Source of the DNA: Nitrosarchaeum sp.
Lineage (GTDB): Archaea > Thermoproteota > Nitrososphaeria > Nitrososphaerales > Nitrosopumilaceae
DNA length: 64,000 bases
Direction: 5' to 3'
Assembly (NCBI GenBank): GCA_023264875.1
Contig: JAHFUX010000006.1
Span: forward strand, 1,303 to 65,302
The position numbers and the translations under genes are program-made. The number at the start of each line of letters is the position of its first letter. The stretch's first letter is position 1. Shown here piece by piece: positions 9,186 through 17,950 of this stretch. The notes under the pieces were generated by a model. That model saw only the letters and a list, made by a program, of their open reading frames with translations, did not search any database and was not told the DNA's origin.

Positions 9186-9441
9186 TTTATTTTCACTTTT
9201 AACTTATTTGCCATAGGGAAATTTTGTGTAATTGCATTTAGCACTTGCGCATGATTTCCTAGTTTATTCCATGTTGCTACATTCATCTTTCCATTATTGT
9301 TAAGATGCATGCAAACTAAAGGATCAGCGTGTTATGTGCTCAACTAACAAACTCGATGTATTTCTAATTTGTTACATACAAATTATCTCATCTATACATT
9401 ACATTTGAATTAATTATCGCTAAAAATATCTGAAATGATAA

Positions 9442-10362
9442 CTATGACACATTAAATGCAATTACTGCCATAATGATCATTACGACAACATGTTTTGTTC
9501 CAGCAACATACGATCCAGACCCAATTTTTCCAGCAGCTACTCCTCCAAAGACTGCCTCAATTATTGCCATGTTAAATAATGATGCTTCTAATTTTGATAC
9601 ATCCATATCAGCTAATGAGCTGAATAATCCTGCTTTACCTTTACCGTTACCTGCTGCTAATAATCCCTCTTGTACTTTTTCAATTTCTGTAAAGAAGCTT
9701 GTAGTTAGTAATACTGCAACTGCTAAAAATACTGCAAATGAAATGTAAATTGTATATGTATATGGCTGCAAAGCTGACTTTCTGCTTTTTTCAATGTTTT
9801 GCATCTCTGAAACATGTCTTTGAATCATCTCTAAATTTTCACTAACATCTCCTCCTATCTTCATGGCCATTTCAAGTAATACTGTTACACGTCGTGATAC
9901 TCTAGTTCCTGTTCTTTTTGCAAAATTCTCAAATGCCTCTTCAACTGGTGTACCCCAGCTGATATTTGCCTTGAGATTTTTTAATTCAGGAGTTAAAGCA
10001 CCTAGATTTCTTTCAGCTGCTTGCTCTATTGCTTTGATAAGATTTGAGCCACTTTGAACTGAACTTAATAATGCCAATAAAAACACGGGCATGTTTCTAT
10101 CCACACTATCTCTTCTTTGAACTTCTCTTAACTGATGAATTGTTAATGGGATGATTCCAACCATAATTCCAAAGATTATTCCAATGTCTTTGATTGTAGT
10201 TGATCCTGTAAATTCTGATAACTTGAGACTAATTACAATTACGCTAACTGATGCAATAAGTGAAAACATGATGGATTTTACTATCTCGTTTTTTAGGATT
10301 GCTTTTTTTGGTATGATCTCATTTGATGAAATTTCTTTTGGTTTTCTGCTTATTTTTTGCAT
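9442..10362 (-). CDS. Type IV pilus platform protein (TadC/ArlJ-like, T2SS-F family)
   Basis: FL..L...VQSG..L..AI...A...LGALT.EL; WGTP.EEAF..FA.R; GGDV.E.L. Confidence 0.9.
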   Translation of the reverse strand: MQKISRKPKEISSNEIIPKKAILKNEIVKSIMFSLIASVSVIVISLKLSEFTGSTTIKDIGIIFGIMVGIIPLTIHQLREVQRRDSVDRNMPVFLLALLSSVQSGSNLIKAIEQAAERNLGALTPELKNLKANISWGTPVEEAFENFAKRTGTRVSRRVTVLLEMAMKIGGDVSENLEMIQRHVSEMQNIEKSRKSALQPYTYTIYISFAVFLAVAVLLTTSFFTEIEKVQEGLLAAGNGKGKAGLFSSLADMDVSKLEASLFNMAIIEAVFGGVAAGKIGSGSYVAGTKHVVVMIIMAVIAFNVS

Positions 10363-10366
10363 ATTC

Positions 10367-11278
10367 TTACCTCTTTGGTACCATTGTATCCATCATAACT
10401 AACATCAATATTCCACTTAGTGGGACTACGGCAAACGTGAGAATATTCATCAATGTTAGTAAATCAAAACCTCCCAAACTTGGACTCATAATACCCATTA
10501 TTGATAACATGATTACTGCTAGTAATGGGAAAACTATCAAAAGAATTGTATAAATTTCTGCAACTGACCCTAGTGATTCTGTAGTTTTTTGCAACAGCAT
10601 CTTTTTTTCTTCTAGCTGAACTTTGGCAGTTGCGTTAAAGTATTCTTTCAAATCCCCCCCTGATTGCGATGTAATGATTGCACCTTCCAATAATTCTGAA
10701 TATGGTCCTGATGGAGTTCTATTAATTAGATCTTTTACTGCAGTAATTAGATCCATTCCAAGAATCTCGATGTTTCTTGTAATGAATCGTGCATCCTTTA
10801 CAATGTCCTCATCTATTTCCTCTTTTGCTATGGATTTGAAAATTTCTTCTAATGATAAGCCGCTAGTAGCAAGCGTTGACATGTATCCAATAAAGTGAGG
10901 AATTTCTTCTAACAATTTTGTTGATCTATTTTTTACTCTTACTGGGGGAATTATCTGAAGAATCCCAAACGTCATTGCCATTAGAGCCATTCCTGCAACC
11001 GGTGGAAGCAAATAACCTACTATTGCAGGCTGAATGTTGATAAACTGAGTTGCAATTAGGCCAATAATTACTCCACAAATTCCTGCAATTAAACTAAAGA
11101 AAACCATACTTGAAACATATACTTCAAAAGGAATTGGCATCATTGCTTGTTTTATTGATTTTTCCATTGATCTTAATTTTGGATATAAAAATTTTATATG
11201 ATCATTTAGTAATTTGTAACTATAAACATGAATAACTCCTACTGATTCCTCTTGTTTTTGTTTTGTCATCATCTTCAT
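10367..11278 (-). CDS. Type IV pilus platform protein (TadC/ArlJ-like, T2SS-F family)
   Basis: EIP.FIGYMSTLATSG.S; LGMDL..A; SGGDL..YF. Confidence 0.9.
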   Translation of the reverse strand: MKMMTKQKQEESVGVIHVYSYKLLNDHIKFLYPKLRSMEKSIKQAMMPIPFEVYVSSMVFFSLIAGICGVIIGLIATQFINIQPAIVGYLLPPVAGMALMAMTFGILQIIPPVRVKNRSTKLLEEIPHFIGYMSTLATSGLSLEEIFKSIAKEEIDEDIVKDARFITRNIEILGMDLITAVKDLINRTPSGPYSELLEGAIITSQSGGDLKEYFNATAKVQLEEKKMLLQKTTESLGSVAEIYTILLIVFPLLAVIMLSIMGIMSPSLGGFDLLTLMNILTFAVVPLSGILMLVMMDTMVPKR

Positions 11279-11279
11279 A

Positions 11280-12887
11280 TTACATCTCTAGCCTCTTTCT
11301 TTCATAGTATCTTTCAGGATCCGAATAATATTCCATGATATTATTGGAAACTTCCTTATGATCACGTATGTCATTTTTTACCATCCATTCTAAAGCAAGT
11401 CGTCTTTTTGTTAATTCATAATTAATTTTCTCATCTGTTTCTCCATCACGTTCTTTGATTTTAGTAAATACAACACTCTCACCCATGAATTCATGTCTGT
11501 CTTCTCTTGGATTCCATTTGAATATTTCATGTGTTTTAATTTCCCCTGTTGTATGATCAATACCGTCTATTTCTGAAACCTGAATTATTCTTCTAGCTGA
11601 TTTATCTCCTATTCTAATTTTTAGCTGCAATGTAATTAAATCGAGACTATTTGAAATCAAAGATTTTGGAACGTCCATAGGTGATGATGTTAATCTAGTT
11701 AAAGTGGCATCTACTGAATCTGCATGTATTGATGAGAATCCCCCGTGACCTGTTGCCATTGCTTGAAATAATGTATATGCCTCTCTTCCTCTAGTTTCTC
11801 CCACAATTATGATGTCTGGTCTTTGTCTGAGGGCAGCTCTTAGCAGATCAAATTGATTGATTTCTCCAATTTGTGTATCTGTGAAGCTCTGTCTTGAAAC
11901 AGCTGGAATCCAATTCTCATGAGGCAAATTTAGTTCCTGCGTATCTTCTATGCTAACTACTTTTTGTCCTGGTCTGATAAATGTCGCCAATGCGTTTAGC
12001 GCAGTAGTTTTTCCACTGGCAGTACCACCTGCAATGAGCATTGTTGCACGTTTTTCAGCAAGATACCACATATATGCAGCGATATCTACTGACATTGTTC
12101 CGAATTTAATCAAATCTATCACCGTAATTGGATCTGCCCGAAAACGTCTTATTGTAAACGTGCTTCCTCTTTTTGTAATTTCATGACCGAGTGTAAGATT
12201 AATTCTACTTCCACCAGGTAATGAGGCATCAATAATTGGATCTGCAATTGAAACATGTTTTCCGCATATGTATGCCATTTTTCTTGCAAAATTATTTAAT
12301 TCTGATTCTTTTTCATAAATTATATTTGTTGGAATTGACTCATGTTCTCTATGCCACACATAAATTGGAATGTTTGTTCCATCACAACTAATTTCCTCAA
12401 TCATGTGATCTCTCATGAGTGGCTCAATTTTTCCAAGATAGATAAAATCACGAACTGCAAAATAATTGATTTTTTCAATATTTTTTAAAGGAATTTTTAA
12501 TCTGTATTTTTTTATCATTGCCGATATTTTATTTTTTAATCTTCGCTCTGCATCTTTTTTGGTTTTAATTTCACCTAGTGATACTGAAAGTTCTGTGATT
12601 AACAGCTTTTTGATGATTTCAAAAGCATTTTGGTCTCTTTCTGATAGCTCTGGCTCTATTACTTGATATCTTAATCCTCCTTTTGCTGTGGGATCTTTTA
12701 TTATTCCTGCATGAATTTCATTGTTATCCCAATCTAATTTTGATAATGTCATAAACTGGGGAATTTTATTTTCATTTAATTTAGATGTGTTATCTGGCAA
12801 ATTTTTATTTGCTTTTAAAATACTTTTATTGTCGTATTGTATTTTTTGTAATGCTGAGATTTTATCTTTAAATATTTTCAGCCTCAT
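11280..12887 (-). CDS. Type IV pilus assembly ATPase (VirB11/TadA/ArlI family)
   Basis: Walker A GGTASGKTT, SIEDT.EL, LRQRPD.IIVGETRG.EA, His box TGHGGFSSIHA. Confidence 0.97.
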   Translation of the reverse strand: MRLKIFKDKISALQKIQYDNKSILKANKNLPDNTSKLNENKIPQFMTLSKLDWDNNEIHAGIIKDPTAKGGLRYQVIEPELSERDQNAFEIIKKLLITELSVSLGEIKTKKDAERRLKNKISAMIKKYRLKIPLKNIEKINYFAVRDFIYLGKIEPLMRDHMIEEISCDGTNIPIYVWHREHESIPTNIIYEKESELNNFARKMAYICGKHVSIADPIIDASLPGGSRINLTLGHEITKRGSTFTIRRFRADPITVIDLIKFGTMSVDIAAYMWYLAEKRATMLIAGGTASGKTTALNALATFIRPGQKVVSIEDTQELNLPHENWIPAVSRQSFTDTQIGEINQFDLLRAALRQRPDIIIVGETRGREAYTLFQAMATGHGGFSSIHADSVDATLTRLTSSPMDVPKSLISNSLDLITLQLKIRIGDKSARRIIQVSEIDGIDHTTGEIKTHEIFKWNPREDRHEFMGESVVFTKIKERDGETDEKINYELTKRRLALEWMVKNDIRDHKEVSNNIMEYYSDPERYYERKRLEM

Positions 12888-13022
12888 TTTTAAATATTTT
12901 AACGCCTCTTGTGTGTTTTAATACTTGTTCGTTCATTTGAACAACATTTTGCTTTTACTATAGATTAGATACAAAATAGTAACAATGGCATGTGTTATTC
13001 TCTTATGTTATGAGGCGTATCG

Positions 13023-14159
13023 TTGATGTTTGGACGAAAATCTAATAGTGATTCAAAATCCACACCTGAGGCTAAATTTCCACATATTGGTGGTCTTGCA
13101 TCAATTTTGAAAAATGCATCTATTCCTGTACAAAATATCCCAGCAGCTACTCCTAAGGTGAATTCTGAGCCTGATTTGCCAAAACCATCCACCAGTAAAT
13201 CTGTAAATCTGATTCAGGAAGTTCAAAAATTCGATGATAAGACGATTAAACCCTTTATCGATTATACTGCAGGTAGTATCTTTTATCCTGTATTATCTAA
13301 TATCGGGGAAACACAGGATAACGTCTCGTATTTGGATGATTTAGTCTCTGATGGTATTTTGGCAAAGCACATCTATGAAAAATTAATTGTCTGTCCTATA
13401 CATCCAACTGTCTTTTCATCAAGCATGAGATTGTATTGTCCAAAGTGTCATTCAATGAATGTTGAGAAATTAAATCTATTTGAGCATAAAAAATGTGGCT
13501 ATATTGCTGAAAGTAAGAATTTTGATTTTTCAAATATTGATCACTCTGTTTGTCCTTCATGTCTAAAAGAAATCAAAAATTTTGAAAAAGAAATTAGAGT
13601 TCCTGCAATGTGGTATCAATGTGAAGATTGTATAGAAAAATTTGACAATGCTGTGATAAAGCTTCATTGTAGAAAACATGATCATGATTTTGATACAAAC
13701 TCTGGAAAATTTATTACTACATTTTGCTACAAGTTAAAAAATTCAGATATATCTAATATTTCTGATACAACTCAAATAAAAGATGAATTAGTAAAGTTGT
13801 TACGTGGTTTTAATTTTACAGCTGAATTAAACTCACTTGTAAAGGGAAAAAGTGGCAATACTCATGAAATTCCAATATTTGGTAAAAGCAAATCTAACGA
13901 TGATTCTATTCTGATCTTTATCAAAAATCAATCTACCGGAGTAGATGAATCTGATATGAATTCTATTTTGATTCCAAAACTAGACATTGATCCCAAAAAT
14001 ACCCTACTTGTTACAGTATCAGATGTAAAAGAAGGTGTTGAAAATATGGCAAAACACTATGGAATTAATTTGATTTCTGATCCTGATTTCTCAAAAATAA
14101 TTTCACGTGTTGAAGAATTTGTTTCTGCTTGGTATGCAAATAACGGTGGTCGCAAATGA
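13023..14159 (+). CDS. TackOD1-like multi-Cys Zn-binding protein with C-terminal restriction-endonuclease-like region
   Basis: CP.H..CP.C, EH..CG, CPSC, CEDC, CRKH; C-terminal VKGKSG..HEIPI. Confidence 0.65.
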   Translation: MMFGRKSNSDSKSTPEAKFPHIGGLASILKNASIPVQNIPAATPKVNSEPDLPKPSTSKSVNLIQEVQKFDDKTIKPFIDYTAGSIFYPVLSNIGETQDNVSYLDDLVSDGILAKHIYEKLIVCPIHPTVFSSSMRLYCPKCHSMNVEKLNLFEHKKCGYIAESKNFDFSNIDHSVCPSCLKEIKNFEKEIRVPAMWYQCEDCIEKFDNAVIKLHCRKHDHDFDTNSGKFITTFCYKLKNSDISNISDTTQIKDELVKLLRGFNFTAELNSLVKGKSGNTHEIPIFGKSKSNDDSILIFIKNQSTGVDESDMNSILIPKLDIDPKNTLLVTVSDVKEGVENMAKHYGINLISDPDFSKIISRVEEFVSAWYANNGGRK

Positions 14160-14665
14160 ACCATCTCTCATCTCATTCTCTAAAAAAAAGACGTGCTGTA
14201 AGCCAAATTATGGGAAGCATTGTGATTTTAGGTGTTGTTACATCTATTGGCTCTGTAGTTTTGTTTAATGGCATGAATCAAATTAATGCATTTTCATACG
14301 ATCTGTCTTTTCATGACAAGCCAAAAAATGAGGCATATCGTGAAAAACTAATGTTTGAGCATGTGAGATTTGAGCCTGGAACTGATCAAATTATTCTTTA
14401 TCTTGCAAATATTGGAACCACTGAATCTACAATTGAAAGCATTACTGTAGTTCAGCTTGACACTCAAAATATTTTAGTTGATTGGGAAGAAAGTGTAAGT
14501 TCTACCATTCAGATCAAAGAATCAAGTGATCCAATTATTTTGGATGCAAATCTTAATTCACTTACTTGGAATGATCCTCTGTACCTTAACTCTGAATACA
14601 AAATATCAATAACCACCTCTAAAGGTAATTTCTTTTCTACTGTTGCCAGCCCATTTAATACATAG
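14156..14665 (+). CDS. Archaeal type IV pilin-like protein (minor)
   Basis: Class III signal KKRRA|VSQIMGSIVILGVV. Confidence 0.85.
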   Translation: MNHLSSHSLKKRRAVSQIMGSIVILGVVTSIGSVVLFNGMNQINAFSYDLSFHDKPKNEAYREKLMFEHVRFEPGTDQIILYLANIGTTESTIESITVVQLDTQNILVDWEESVSSTIQIKESSDPIILDANLNSLTWNDPLYLNSEYKISITTSKGNFFSTVASPFNT

Positions 14666-14672
14666 AATTACA

Positions 14673-15377
14673 ATGAACGATAATTTCAAATTCAATTCTA
14701 AATTGGAAAAAAACTCTAAACTCTGTAAACGAAGAGGTGTTGCAGATATTATTTCAACTATGTTGCTTATGGGATTAACCGTGACTGGCGCTACTACTCT
14801 GACATATTTTGTAAATGATTCATTTGTAACTGGGAATTTATCTACTGTGTCATCATTGAACACTGCAACAAAATCTGTTCAGTTATTGGCATATGACACC
14901 AGAGACTCTACAACTTTGTTACAATTATCTAATCTTGATAATGAATTAGATCAAAAATTATGTGGCGTTTCTTGTACAGTTGATTTCTCTGAAAAAATTC
15001 CATCTAATGGTGGTTCTGAATTTATTATGATTAAAATTAAAAATACTGGTATTAATTCAATTTTTTTGGAAAATATTCAATTAAATAATGTCTTACATAC
15101 GTGGGATTCTCAAACATCTGGTGCCACTTTGAATACTCTGCAAGATTTATCTTCAGGTGGTAATTATCCCAACGATGGTAAATTTTCAATATTGTCAATC
15201 TCTTCTATTGTTCAGTCCGTTAATAATGAAATCCAAAGTGGAAAAACAGTTAATCTTTTGATCAAATTGGGTCCTGGTGATCAAGATATCTCATTAAACA
15301 AAGGAATCCGTGTTTTGTTAAATATTGGTAGTATTGATCCTGTAGAATTTTTAATTGAGAGTGGTAACGCACGATGA
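14673..15377 (+). CDS. Archaeal type IV pilin-like protein (minor)
   Basis: KRRG|VADIISTMLLMGLTV; start placed at ATG 14673 within ORF 14643-15377. Confidence 0.85.
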   Translation: MNDNFKFNSKLEKNSKLCKRRGVADIISTMLLMGLTVTGATTLTYFVNDSFVTGNLSTVSSLNTATKSVQLLAYDTRDSTTLLQLSNLDNELDQKLCGVSCTVDFSEKIPSNGGSEFIMIKIKNTGINSIFLENIQLNNVLHTWDSQTSGATLNTLQDLSSGGNYPNDGKFSILSISSIVQSVNNEIQSGKTVNLLIKLGPGDQDISLNKGIRVLLNIGSIDPVEFLIESGNAR

Positions 15378-17152
15378 CTCTTACTAGCTCGTTTTCTTCT
15401 AATTCTAAGCGTGGAATTTCATCCGTTGTTGGTGCATTGATTTTTACTGTTTTAATGATTGCTGGTTTTTCTGCTATGAGCTTAGCACTGGATTCCCAAA
15501 CTGACATTGTAAACACACAACGAGTAGTAGCAGATATTGAACTTAAAAAACAACAAGAACAATTTGGAATTGCAGTTTTTACTGATGCAAATAACATCTT
15601 AAATGTCTCAGTTGATAACAATGGTCAAAATCCTGTTGAAATCTCACGTGTATGGATAACTAACAAAACTCTGGCAACTCAACCTGCTAAACCATTTTCC
15701 ATTAATTCTGATGACGCATTTGTTCCAACCGGATTTACCTCAAATGTTCTTTCTAGTCAACCTCTTTACATGATACCTGATACTTATGATATCAAAGTAA
15801 TCTCAACATTAGGTACTGTAAAAATTACTGAAGTAACTGTAGGTTCTGGACCTTCATCTAATGGATTAAGATCTGAACTAATCACTGACCCACCAGATGT
15901 AATTATTGGACAAAATGTCACTATTGCAATGGTTGTAACAAATACTGGTTCATCAACTATTGAAGATGTTACACCTAGCTCACTTACTGTTACTCCTTTT
16001 ACTGCAATAGCGGCGTCATCTTCACCAATTCCTATATCAGTTGATCTTACTCCTGGCGAATCTGTTTTGTTTTCTTGGGATTATACAATAACTGGTGGTA
16101 GTGGGGATGATGTTACTTTTTCTAGTTATGCAAGTGGAACTAACATTGATGATTCTACTATTGTGACAAGTAACACTGTTTCTGATGTAAGCACATTACG
16201 TTTACCTACTGATGGTGGAAATAGTGAACAAGATTCCAATATAGTAAATGAAGACTTGCTTGCAAGACCGAAATTATTTCTAATAATTCCTTCACCCCAG
16301 GGTGATTCAAATCAAAAAGCATTATGGGGTATAAATGTGGCAAATCCCGTAAATGCTCCAATGAAAGTAAGTAAGCTGTCTATTACCGCTTTTGCTCCTG
16401 GTGCAAATAATAATGACAAAATTTTTGCTGCAAGCTGCATTGCTGATAATATCTTCCCTATAGGCGCAAATAATTGGAGTTGCCCTTCTGAAAATGTCAT
16501 TATGTGGCAAAACTTTGCAAATCCTGTAATAATAGCTCCAAATTCAACACAACCATTTCTGGTAAAAATTTTACCTGGTACCATTGCTGGACAAAATATT
16601 TTAGAAACAGTTGTTGTTCAAGCATCTGTATTTACTACAGTTGGGTCATTTGGTAAATCTGGATATCAAACTACAATGTTTGATGGAACTGAAGTTATTG
16701 GCAATGTGTATCTTTCAAATGTTGTAGATTCTAGAAATAACAACGATATACAGTCTACAAGAACAAATATTGTTCCTGGTAGTACTCAGACGTTTAATGT
16801 TGTTTTTGCTGATCTAGACACTAGCAACACTACTTGGATTAAATCTGGTGGGCAATTAATTATCAACATTCCTAAAGGTTGGACTAATGTACAAATTGTA
16901 AATAATTATGGATTTGTGAATCCTCCAACTGTAACTGTTTTTGGTGATGGCTCTACCCAAATAATTGGCATAACATCATCTAACTTGGGTGATGCACTTA
17001 ATCAAGCTGATACAATACAATTTAGTGCACAAGCACCTAATATCACAAATGATCAAATGTATGTAATGTATGTTTTAGCTCAAGGTGAAACTACAAACAA
17101 TTTTGCAATTGGTCCTCTAACTGAAATTGTTTTGCAAGTAAATGGTTCCTAG
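15374..17152 (+). CDS. Large pilin-like protein / putative adhesin
   Basis: SKRG|ISSVVGALIFTVLM followed by about 550 aa of beta-rich Ser/Thr/Val sequence. Confidence 0.8.
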   Translation: MTLTSSFSSNSKRGISSVVGALIFTVLMIAGFSAMSLALDSQTDIVNTQRVVADIELKKQQEQFGIAVFTDANNILNVSVDNNGQNPVEISRVWITNKTLATQPAKPFSINSDDAFVPTGFTSNVLSSQPLYMIPDTYDIKVISTLGTVKITEVTVGSGPSSNGLRSELITDPPDVIIGQNVTIAMVVTNTGSSTIEDVTPSSLTVTPFTAIAASSSPIPISVDLTPGESVLFSWDYTITGGSGDDVTFSSYASGTNIDDSTIVTSNTVSDVSTLRLPTDGGNSEQDSNIVNEDLLARPKLFLIIPSPQGDSNQKALWGINVANPVNAPMKVSKLSITAFAPGANNNDKIFAASCIADNIFPIGANNWSCPSENVIMWQNFANPVIIAPNSTQPFLVKILPGTIAGQNILETVVVQASVFTTVGSFGKSGYQTTMFDGTEVIGNVYLSNVVDSRNNNDIQSTRTNIVPGSTQTFNVVFADLDTSNTTWIKSGGQLIINIPKGWTNVQIVNNYGFVNPPTVTVFGDGSTQIIGITSSNLGDALNQADTIQFSAQAPNITNDQMYVMYVLAQGETTNNFAIGPLTEIVLQVNGS

Positions 17153-17173
17153 TCTTTGTTCATTTCAAATTAC

Positions 17174-17205
17174 AAATGCACACTTTTGTAAATTGTAGTG
17201 CATTT
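17174..17205. promoter_or_regulatory. Inverted repeat upstream of the putative major-pilin promoter
   Basis: AAATGCAC-N16-GTGCATTT, then TATTTAAC at 17218-17225 and ATG at 17253. Confidence 0.4.
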
Positions 17206-17252
17206 TGAACACAGATCTATTTAACATCTTTTTGTGTTTTACAAAATTAAGA

Positions 17253-17915
17253 ATGACATACATAACATCAAAACAAAAAATGACCTCAAGAAGAGCAGTT
17301 GCTCCAATCATTGCAACACTTCTTTTAGTTGCTATCGCAGTTGTAGGTGGAAGTATCATCTTTGTGTTCTCACAAGGATTCTTTAGTTCTGCCCAAGTAA
17401 GCGGTGCACCACAAATTGAATCACTACGAATTACCGGCTATGATGCAAGAGATTCTGCATCACTAACACTACATGATGCACTTGATTCAGGTGTTGCTGA
17501 AGGTGTATCAAATAACGGACTAGCACAAGGTGAAAGAGTCGCTATATATCTCCAAAATAATAGTGTACAGAAAGTCACTTTGAATGAAATTCGTTTAGCA
17601 GGTACTGTGTATTCATTTATTCCAGGAACTGGCCTAACTCCATTGCTTGATGCATATGGTGCTGGTGGTGCATTAGCATCCTCTACTGTTCCGGGATTCA
17701 TGATTGCAACAAACAGTAACGGTGTAGCAGGTGCGGAAACTGCTGCCACTGTATTATCTACAACAGCTGCTGAACTCCAACCAGGACAACAAGCAACAGT
17801 TATCATCGAACTCGATGAAAACATAAAAACTGGTAGGGATACACAATTCAAGATAACCACTTCAAATGGTGCAGTTTTTGTGGGAACTGTAATAGCAGGT
17901 CAACAAAGTGGATAA
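17253..17915 (+). CDS. Archaeal type IV pilin, probably the major pilin
   Basis: SRRA|VAPIIATLLLVAIAVVGG; Ala/Gly-rich; own TATA-like box; start placed at ATG 17253. Confidence 0.9.
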   Translation: MTYITSKQKMTSRRAVAPIIATLLLVAIAVVGGSIIFVFSQGFFSSAQVSGAPQIESLRITGYDARDSASLTLHDALDSGVAEGVSNNGLAQGERVAIYLQNNSVQKVTLNEIRLAGTVYSFIPGTGLTPLLDAYGAGGALASSTVPGFMIATNSNGVAGAETAATVLSTTAAELQPGQQATVIIELDENIKTGRDTQFKITTSNGAVFVGTVIAGQQSG

Positions 17916-17950
17916 TTCCACATTTTTTCCTTTTTTATGGTGAAATAAAA

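Noticed and set aside
9442-17915. Archaellum (arl/fla) interpretation of the locus
   Set aside because: No ArlH, ArlF/G or chemotaxis genes; two TadC-like genes and divergent pilins fit a type IV pilus better.
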